Made by a program: the position numbers and the translations under genes | Shown here: piece after piece, positions 56,750 to 64,000 of the stretch | Position numbering within the stretch: position 1 is the first letter of the stretch | Layout of the letters: each line of letters starts with the position of its first letter | Notes under the pieces: model-generated | Told to the model about the DNA's origin: nothing | What the model saw: the letters and a program-made list of their open reading frames with translations, nothing else | Database searches by the model: none | Assembly: GCA_037129895.1 (NCBI GenBank) | Contig: JBAXUB010000001.1 | Coordinates: 18,947 to 82,946, forward strand | Length of the DNA: 64,000 bases | From: Candidatus Tayloriibacteriota bacterium | GTDB lineage: Bacteria; Patescibacteriota; Minisyncoccia; Phycocordibacterales; PALSA-1337 | Direction of reading: 5' to 3'

Positions 56750-59155
56750 TTATTTTAACTCCCCCCAATTCTTGCCTACTGCGTATGAAGCCTTGAGTAC
56801 CACACCACTCACTTCTTTCGGATCAATGACGGACTCCATGATCTTTTGTATCTGTGGGGCAACTTTCTCTACAGCACTCTCTCGCATTTCATATACGAGT
56901 TCATCGTGAACTTGAAGTGTTAGGAAAACATCCTCCTGAAGGCCTTCTTTTTCAATATACCGATCAACCTCTGAGATCGCAAGCTTTATGACATCCGCCT
57001 CAGTTCCCTGTATCGGAGCGTTGATCGCCATACGCTCAGCTCCCGCACGAATATACGGAATTTTTGACTTTATACCCTGGAAATACCTGCGACGGCCAAA
57101 ATATGTCTCAGTGAAGCCCTTCTGTGCTGTCTCAGACTTTATCCTATCTAGATATTTTGCCAAACCAGAAAACGTCTCGAAGTATTGATTCAGATAATTC
57201 TGTGCCTCTTCACGAGTACTGCCCAGATTTTGTTTCAAAGCCAATACTCCCATTCCGTACATAATCCCAAAATTGATAACTTTTGCCTGACGTCGCATGT
57301 CTTTGGTAACTTTGTCCTGCGGAACTTTGAATACGAACGAAGCGACTGATGTGTGTACATCTTCTCCCCTATTGAATATACCGATGAGCTTCTCGTCTCC
57401 AGATAGGAATGCAGCTATACGCAATTCCATCTGAGAATAATCGAATGCACCTAGGAGGAAACCCTTTTCGGCAATGAATGCGTCACGAATCTTCTTTCCA
57501 TGGTCTGACTTTATGGGGATATTCTGCAAATTTGGATTCTGTGAAGCCATACGACCTGTCGTTGTGCCAGCAGGTATGAACTCCGCGTGTAATCGTCCAC
57601 CATCATCCAACAATGGCGGTATCGCATCTATATATGTAGAGAGAAGTTTTTGTAATTCCCTATATTCAAATATATTCGGAACGATAGGATGCAGATCTCT
57701 CAGTTTTTCAAGCTCTGACTCACGAGTGGATCTAGCCCCTCCAGCTGTTTTCTTCATATTCTTGGCTTCGAGTCCGAGTTTGTCGAACAAAACCTCACCG
57801 AGTTGTTTCGGCGAATTAATATTGAACTCCATACCCGCATCTTTCCATATCATTTCCTCCAATGAAGAAAGAGTTGCATGGTACTCCTTGGACAAGTTCT
57901 GCAATATTGCACGATCTATCTTTACTCCCTTTTCTTTCATTTTGTGCATGATGGGGATGAGTGGCAACTCTATCTTTTCATATAGATTTCTCAAACCTAG
58001 TTTATCTAGATCGTCGAAAATCTTTTTCTTGGCGGATTGAAAATCATCAACGTTGGCATAATTCATAATATCCTCTATCTTTGGATTGGTTATATCCGAA
58101 TTGATGAGCCACAAAGCAACTGCGGTTATCTCTAATTCACCTGCCGGGACGGCCTGGAATAATGCGGTCTGACTAGTTTGTACTTCCGTCTCATCCTGAA
58201 CTCTGTTTTGTGGTTTTGCCCCAGAAACGGCCTTTTCTAGTCTCTGCGTCAATGTCCTGAACTCCAATTCCGTCCATAGAGCATTGGCTTTCTTCACATC
58301 TAAAGCCTCCTTGAATGTCTTCTCTGGTAACTTGAACTCGATCGGTGCGTCTCGACGTATCGTTGCTAACATCTTACTGAATTCAGCTTCCTCTTTATTA
58401 TCCTTCAATAATTGAATGATCCGAGGCGTAATTCCCGCTTTCTTGAAGGCTTCCTCATGGCCAGCTTCCAGCTCTTTGTAAATATTCTCTATAGTACCGA
58501 AAGTGGTGATGAGAATCGTCGCTGTTTTTTCACCTATCCCCTTTACACCAACAATGTTGTCAGATGGGTCTCCACGCAAACCTTTGTAATCAGGTATAAG
58601 CAGCGGACCGAAACTGAACCGTTCCATCACAGCTTTCTCATCATAGATGATCGTATCCTTTATACCTTTCTTCAGTGTGTATACTTTCACATCTTCGCCT
58701 CTCACTAACTGCAACGTATCCATGTCTCCAGAGGCGATCACGACTTCTGTATTAGCGGACGAATCTTTCACTATTTGTTCCACAATCGTTCCTAACATAT
58801 CATCCGCCTCGAAGCCGGCCTTTTCATAAATTGGAATATTCATGGCACGATAAACATCATAAGACCTCTTTATTTGCATAATAAGGTCATCCTCAGTCTT
58901 TTGCCTGCCGGCTTTGTACTCCTTATATGCTTCATGTCTATAAGTTGGCGCGGCCATATCATAACAAGCAACCACATAATCAGGCTTCAGATCCTCAACG
59001 ATCTTGATGATCATAGTAGAGAGACCATACAGTGCCCCTGTTGGCTCACCTTTCGCAGTAGAAAAGTCAGGTAATGCATGATAGGCACGATGCAAAATAG
59101 CATGAGAATCTAACAATACTAGCCTTTTCTGCTTTTCTTCAATATTTTTTACCAT
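56750..59155 (-). CDS. polA: DNA polymerase I (5'-3' exonuclease plus polymerase; proofreading domain largely absent)
   Basis: EADD, GDPSDN, DYSQMELR, NFGIMYG, QVHDE. Confidence 0.97.
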   Translation of the reverse strand: MVKNIEEKQKRLVLLDSHAILHRAYHALPDFSTAKGEPTGALYGLSTMIIKIVEDLKPDYVVACYDMAAPTYRHEAYKEYKAGRQKTEDDLIMQIKRSYDVYRAMNIPIYEKAGFEADDMLGTIVEQIVKDSSANTEVVIASGDMDTLQLVRGEDVKVYTLKKGIKDTIIYDEKAVMERFSFGPLLIPDYKGLRGDPSDNIVGVKGIGEKTATILITTFGTIENIYKELEAGHEEAFKKAGITPRIIQLLKDNKEEAEFSKMLATIRRDAPIEFKLPEKTFKEALDVKKANALWTELEFRTLTQRLEKAVSGAKPQNRVQDETEVQTSQTALFQAVPAGELEITAVALWLINSDITNPKIEDIMNYANVDDFQSAKKKIFDDLDKLGLRNLYEKIELPLIPIMHKMKEKGVKIDRAILQNLSKEYHATLSSLEEMIWKDAGMEFNINSPKQLGEVLFDKLGLEAKNMKKTAGGARSTRESELEKLRDLHPIVPNIFEYRELQKLLSTYIDAIPPLLDDGGRLHAEFIPAGTTTGRMASQNPNLQNIPIKSDHGKKIRDAFIAEKGFLLGAFDYSQMELRIAAFLSGDEKLIGIFNRGEDVHTSVASFVFKVPQDKVTKDMRRQAKVINFGIMYGMGVLALKQNLGSTREEAQNYLNQYFETFSGLAKYLDRIKSETAQKGFTETYFGRRRYFQGIKSKIPYIRAGAERMAINAPIQGTEADVIKLAISEVDRYIEKEGLQEDVFLTLQVHDELVYEMRESAVEKVAPQIQKIMESVIDPKEVSGVVLKASYAVGKNWGELK

Positions 59156-59221
59156 ATATTCGTATTGTAACATGTTATCCCCATAATATTTTAGTTACGC
59201 TACTTACTTGATGCTATAATC

Positions 59222-59590
59222 ATGAATGAAATGACTGATACTTTTTTCTCTACACAACTACTAGATGGTAAGCCTCCTCACAAAGAAAAACAACACCATC
59301 TGGCAGTACTATTCATAATAATCACTATAATCGGCATCTGTTTTGCCATATATTTGTCTTCTTACCTGCGCCCAGTAGAAATCCAAATTTCTGGCCCCAC
59401 TGATGCTGCCTTACAAGCCCAAATGCACGAGGCCATCATCGCACAACTAAATCAGCAATTACAAGCTCCAACTGCAACAGAACAAAGTGCTATCGATGCC
59501 CAACTCAGGAACAAGCCCAGTACAGCAACGCCCGAAGAACAGAATGCGATATCTAACCAACTTATTTCCGTGAGTGCTTCAGAAATTTAA
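59222..59590 (+). CDS. hypothetical membrane-anchored protein
   Basis: One TM, Q/A-rich repeats. Confidence 0.65.
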   Translation: MNEMTDTFFSTQLLDGKPPHKEKQHHLAVLFIIITIIGICFAIYLSSYLRPVEIQISGPTDAALQAQMHEAIIAQLNQQLQAPTATEQSAIDAQLRNKPSTATPEEQNAISNQLISVSASEI

Positions 59591-59619
59591 TAAAATATTA
59601 ACCATTAATAAACATTACC

Positions 59620-60219
59620 ATGAACAAAACATCATTGATCAATCGCATCGTCACTGTAACAGGCCTAGCTCTCGGAGGATTCGCACTGTCTGTACTCGCC
59701 GCAACAACTTGGACAGCACCCTCCACACCTCCACCAGGAAATAATGTCGATGCCCCCATCAATGTTGGCGCCTCTACACAGAAGAAAGCTGGTGCTTTGG
59801 GTATAGGAAGTGGCACAATGCCTGGAGGAACCACAATTTTTGATGTTTTCGGTACTGCTGTGATCAATGCTCTACAAACAGCGAGTATCAATGTACAAGG
59901 AACCCCTGGAAGCCTCACGGTTTCTGGCCCTACAACACTGAATGGTCCGGTCAGGTTGACCAGTGGTGCATCGGCCAATGTTGGCAAGTATTTGCAAATG
60001 GCAGATGCTAGTGGAAATGTGACATGGGGTTCGCCGACATCAGGAACACCTGGTGCCGCACCAACAGTTACCGTAACAGCTGAAGCAACATATACCGTCG
60101 CCCCGAAAAAATTTAAGTGTCCTCCAGGACAAGTTATGACAGGTATTGCTTACCTAACCACAACGCCAGGCAACGTAACTGCTGTTTGCGACGAGCTGAG
60201 TGCGGTCGTAAGCTACTAA
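59620..60219 (+). CDS. secreted/surface protein with fibre-like motifs
   Basis: Signal peptide, PP.NNV.APINVG, GKYL..DASG..TW, CP.G.V.TG. Confidence 0.7.
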   Translation: MNKTSLINRIVTVTGLALGGFALSVLAATTWTAPSTPPPGNNVDAPINVGASTQKKAGALGIGSGTMPGGTTIFDVFGTAVINALQTASINVQGTPGSLTVSGPTTLNGPVRLTSGASANVGKYLQMADASGNVTWGSPTSGTPGAAPTVTVTAEATYTVAPKKFKCPPGQVMTGIAYLTTTPGNVTAVCDELSAVVSY

Positions 60220-60738
60220 CTAGACCTCCTTTATATTGTATTTATCATCAACAATCTCAAACCCCAACTCAATGAGTTCGGGGTTTTTGTTTCTATCTAT
60301 ACCAGCATTCTCCGGCCACTCAACGATGATGAGGTTGCCCGCGTCGGCAATTAACTGTTCCCAACCCAGCACCTCCAATTCCTCATATTTTTCTAAGCGA
60401 TAAGCATCGATGTGTACCAAACGTTTCCATGGATATGGGATGCTCTCAATGCTGGATTTTACAGTTGAATATCGTTTGTTGATGCCATACATCTTCATGA
60501 TGACGTACGTAGGACTGGTTATTTCACCCTGAACACCCAACACCTTCGCAATAGACTTCACAAATGCAGTCTTCCCCGCCCCGAGATGGCCGGATAGACC
60601 AACCAGTGTAGCCTCTCGCTCTAAACCACTATTCAGATTGATACTTCTAGAATTTTCCACGGAATTCGCCAGCCCAGATAACCATTCAGTTGCTATCTCC
60701 GTTGTTTGTTCCAGGGAATTAGATACATGTATCTTCAT
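60220..60738 (-). CDS. tsaE: tRNA threonylcarbamoyladenosine biosynthesis ATPase
   Basis: GHLGAGKT, SPTY, HIDAYRL, VEW. Confidence 0.95.
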   Translation of the reverse strand: MKIHVSNSLEQTTEIATEWLSGLANSVENSRSINLNSGLEREATLVGLSGHLGAGKTAFVKSIAKVLGVQGEITSPTYVIMKMYGINKRYSTVKSSIESIPYPWKRLVHIDAYRLEKYEELEVLGWEQLIADAGNLIIVEWPENAGIDRNKNPELIELGFEIVDDKYNIKEV

Positions 60739-60803
60739 GTGTCTACTATAGCAAATATTTATCCAGATTCGTATATTCGCATCGTTGTTGATATAATATC
60801 TAC

Positions 60804-62477
60804 ATGACATTGCAGTTTGACGAAGACAAACAAAATAGGAAAATATCAGACCTCCTACACAAAGAAGAGGAGGAGCTCGTGCAGATGTTAGCTGGAAAAT
60901 ATTCAGTTGAATATATCAACCTCCAAGCTACCCCTGTTAGCTCTGACGCCCTACGTCTCATAGAAGAAAAAACTGCCAGAGAGGCCCTACTCGCTGGATT
61001 CGCTCTCACGGACAAGAAGGTCAAGATTGCTGCCAGAAACCCTGAAGACCCGAAGGTTCTAGAAGTATTCGAAACACTCAAAACAAAAGGCTACATACCT
61101 GAATTATATATCTGTTCAACACTCAGTCTAGAAAAAGCATGGAAAACATACAAAGATATGTCATTCGCCTACGAGAGCAAAGCCGGCTCACTAGAAATAT
61201 CCAGCGAAGAGATCTCCGCTATCATAGACCAAGCAAAAAGTCTGCCAACGATCGTCTCTATTCTGGAAAATACCATGTCTGCCAACAAGAGTTACAGGGT
61301 TTCCAGAATACTCGAGACTGTAGTAGCGGGAGCACTGGCCATAGATGCTTCAGACATACACCTAGAGCCAGAGGAAAAGTATGTCCAACTCCGATATCGT
61401 CTAGATGGTGTGCTCCAAGAAGTTACGAGATTTGATACGGAGACATATGGACTCCTTCTCTCTAGGATCAAACTCATATCTGGGATGAAATTGAATATAA
61501 AGAAAGATTCCCAAGATGGTCGCTTCAGTATCCATCTAGCTATCGGTCAGATAGAAGTCCGTGTATCCATACTACCAGGCGCTTATAACGAATCAGTAGT
61601 TATGCGTATTTTGAATCCAAAGTCTATTAACGTCAGTCTGGAAGATCTGGGCATACATGAAAAATTGCTGGCCATCCTTCTCAAAGAAATGGACCGCCCA
61701 GACGGCATGATATTAACAACAGGACCGACAGGATCAGGTAAAACAACCACCCTGTACGCCTTTTTGAAGAAAATCCACAATACTCAAGTCAAGATCATCA
61801 CCATCGAAGACCCTATCGAATACCACCTCCCTGGAATCGTGCAGACACAGGTCAATGACAAGGGCTACAACTTCCTAGAAGGTCTACGAGCAGCAGTTAG
61901 ACAAGACCCTGACATCATCATGGTCGGTGAAATCCGAGACAACGAGACCGCTGACATTGCTATCAATTCTGCTCTAACTGGTCACTTGGTTTTCTCTACA
62001 TTACACACGAACGATGCCGCAGGTACATTCCCCCGTTTGATCGATCTAGGAGTAAATTCAAAAGTTATTACATCAGCGCTACGTGTGGCTATGGCTCAGA
62101 GACTTACACGAAGATTGTGCCAGTTCTGTAAAAAGGAAACTCTTCTCGAGGGCGACGAAAAAACACAGATCGAGGCAGTGATAAGTTCAATAGAGGACAA
62201 ATCTCTGATACCGGCTGAGAGATCAAAGATGTGGATAGCGGCTGGTTGCGAAAAATGTAACAAAACGGGTTATAAAGGTAGAATAGGTGTATATGAGGCA
62301 ATACTGACAGACCAAAAAGTTGAGGATGCTGTAGAAAGCAACCCCAGTGAACGTGAAATATGGAACGCGGCCAAAGGTCAAGGAATATTGACCATGAAAC
62401 AAGACGGTATCATCAAAATATTGAAAGGTATGACTTCTCTATCAGAACTGCAAAGGGTTATTTCTCTTGAGGATTGA
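60804..62477 (+). CDS. pilB: type IV pilus assembly ATPase PilB/GspE
   Basis: ASDIH, GPTGSGKTT, RQDPD, TGH, two CxxC. Confidence 0.93.
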   Translation: MTLQFDEDKQNRKISDLLHKEEEELVQMLAGKYSVEYINLQATPVSSDALRLIEEKTAREALLAGFALTDKKVKIAARNPEDPKVLEVFETLKTKGYIPELYICSTLSLEKAWKTYKDMSFAYESKAGSLEISSEEISAIIDQAKSLPTIVSILENTMSANKSYRVSRILETVVAGALAIDASDIHLEPEEKYVQLRYRLDGVLQEVTRFDTETYGLLLSRIKLISGMKLNIKKDSQDGRFSIHLAIGQIEVRVSILPGAYNESVVMRILNPKSINVSLEDLGIHEKLLAILLKEMDRPDGMILTTGPTGSGKTTTLYAFLKKIHNTQVKIITIEDPIEYHLPGIVQTQVNDKGYNFLEGLRAAVRQDPDIIMVGEIRDNETADIAINSALTGHLVFSTLHTNDAAGTFPRLIDLGVNSKVITSALRVAMAQRLTRRLCQFCKKETLLEGDEKTQIEAVISSIEDKSLIPAERSKMWIAAGCEKCNKTGYKGRIGVYEAILTDQKVEDAVESNPSEREIWNAAKGQGILTMKQDGIIKILKGMTSLSELQRVISLED

Positions 62478-62486
62478 TAAAAAGTG

Positions 62487-62507
62487 TTATCCAATTCGTT
62501 ATCCACA
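62487..62507 (+). promoter_or_regulatory. DnaA-box match with a degenerate neighbour
   Basis: TTATCCACA at 62499-62507; TTATCCAAT at 62487-62495. Confidence 0.45.
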
Positions 62508-62585
62508 AAAAAATCATTGCTTTTTCTACTACCCAGAGAGTAGTATGGCATTAGTGGTGAGTTCCAATAAATTTTGATTTCAAAT

Positions 62586-62736
62586 ACAGGAATCTCTAAG
62601 CAAAATCTTGTCGCGTGATGCGATAAGCGAGGTAGAGTCCCGAGGATAATTACAGTAAACTACGACAAGCGTAGCAACCAGAATGTCCTTAGCACTATAC
62701 CCAAACCTGGGAAGGCCCTTGCTTAGAGATTCTTGT
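62586..62736. repeat. long inverted-repeat element (MITE-like or rod-shaped RNA)
   Basis: ACAGGAATCTCTAAGCAA ... TTGCTTAGAGATTCTTGT; inner CTTGTCG/CGACAAG. Confidence 0.7.
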
Positions 62737-62798
62737 CTTCGAAAGTGAAATCTAGCTAATTTAATGCTTCACCGATATCTTAGCATATACATAATCAA

Positions 62799-63809
62799 AT
62801 GTCAATAGCATCCAACAAAACTACACCTGCTGAGAAGGATTTGGGGTTTCTCGATCAAACTCTTAGGCCTTCACATTGGAATGAATACATCGGTCAGCAA
62901 AACATAAAGAACAATCTACATATACTCCTTACAGCTGCGAAAGAACGCGAACACCCTCCAGAACATATACTTTTCTATGGTCCACCAGGGCTAGGCAAGA
63001 CGACACTTGCACATCTCATCGCCAAGGAAACAGGTGCTCAGATGAGAGTTACTTCTGGACCAGCGATCCTCAAGGTTGGTGACCTAGCTTCAATTCTAAC
63101 CAATTTGTCTAATGGGGACATACTGTTTATAGATGAGATACACCGACTGAACAAAGCTATAGAAGAGATCCTCTACCCCGCTATGGAAACAGGTAAGCTA
63201 GATATCATCATCGGTAAAGGTCCATCTGCTCGAACTATACAATTGGACCTTCCGCCATTTACTTTGATAGCTGCGACAACTCGTATAGCGATGATCTCTG
63301 CGCCTCTCAGGTCTCGATTTTCTGGTGGTGTTTTCAAACTAGAATTTTATTCTGACCGAGAGATCGCTGATATAGTCAAACGATCATCGAAAATCCTAGG
63401 AACTGACATTGATGAAGATGCTGTGAGCGAAATCGCTACTCGTTCTAGATTCACACCACGTACTGCCAACTATCACCTAAAGAGGTGTCGTGATTATGCA
63501 CAGATAAACAAGACCAAGTTATCAAAGAGCATTGTTACCAAAGCATTGGAAATGCTAGGTGTAGACACGATCGGTCTAACAGCCGCTGATCGAGACATAA
63601 TCAAGGTGATCATAAACAAATTCAGCGGTGGTCCCGTTGGTTTGAATACTATTGCCGCTGCACTATCTGAAGAGCAGGCTACTATAGAAGAAGTCTATGA
63701 ACCTTACCTCATACAACTAGGTCTACTCGAACGTACCCCTCGCGGTAGGATTGCCACTGATAAAGCTTACGCGCACCTAGACATAAAAGGTGCAAATAAG
63801 TTGTTGTAA
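62799..63809 (+). CDS. ruvB: Holliday junction branch migration helicase RuvB
   Basis: LRP, GPPGLGKTT, DEIHR, RTPRGR. Confidence 0.98.
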   Translation: MSIASNKTTPAEKDLGFLDQTLRPSHWNEYIGQQNIKNNLHILLTAAKEREHPPEHILFYGPPGLGKTTLAHLIAKETGAQMRVTSGPAILKVGDLASILTNLSNGDILFIDEIHRLNKAIEEILYPAMETGKLDIIIGKGPSARTIQLDLPPFTLIAATTRIAMISAPLRSRFSGGVFKLEFYSDREIADIVKRSSKILGTDIDEDAVSEIATRSRFTPRTANYHLKRCRDYAQINKTKLSKSIVTKALEMLGVDTIGLTAADRDIIKVIINKFSGGPVGLNTIAAALSEEQATIEEVYEPYLIQLGLLERTPRGRIATDKAYAHLDIKGANKLL

Positions 63810-63870
63810 GCTAGTTTGTATTTTCATCAATATTGGTATACATTAGTTATGTAATAATAACAAAAAAACC

Positions 63871-64000
63871 ATGTCAGGACACAATAAATTTTCGAAAATC
63901 AAACACTTGAAGGCCAAGAACGACGCACAAAAGAGCAAAAACTTCGGGAAACTGGTACGTCTGCTAACAGTAGAGTCAAAGAAAGCTCACGGAAATCTAA
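63871..64000 (+). CDS. yebC: YebC/PmpR family protein (5' part, runs off window)
   Basis: Manual translation MSGHNKFSKIKHLKAKNDAQKSKNFGKL. Confidence 0.9.
   Translation, partial: MSGHNKFSKIKHLKAKNDAQKSKNFGKLVRLLTVESKKAHGNL

Noticed and set aside
1559-62301. Many short antisense or overlapping ORFs in the track
   Set aside because: Shadow frames of well-supported genes with no independent motifs.

Overview
Chromosomal window from a small-genome bacterium that looks like Patescibacteria/CPR (Parcubacteria-like). Support for that: alpha2-type GlyRS, IleRS with an inserted domain, a PilM/N/O-like cluster plus PilB, DsbA-VKOR, tRNA-Arg(GCG), and frequent leaderless-type starts. It is mostly housekeeping genes (rpsF, metG, glyS, ileS, argS, rplK, nusG, secE, rplS, rpsT, ruvA/B, polA, mutM, tsaE) with 7 tRNAs. 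Main finding: the thymidylate/folate cluster (glyA, tmk, deaminase, thyA-like, dcd-like, folA) appears rewired. The ThyA homolog has Asp at the dUMP-specifying Asn position, as dCMP-modifying enzymes do, and the Dcd homolog lacks both deaminase catalytic residues. Together these suggest a dUMP-free route: dCTP -> dCMP -> 5-methyl-dCMP -> dTMP. Other findings: an integrase-less array of promoter-ORF-terminator cassettes behind tRNA-His, separated by 28-bp tRNA-end-like repeats; two free-standing LAGLIDADG genes directly upstream of tRNAs; a ~290-nt structured ncRNA candidate next to a sigma-70 paralog lacking the WW melting dyad; and a histidine-phosphatase domain inside IleRS. All calls come from motif recognition by eye; no searches were run.
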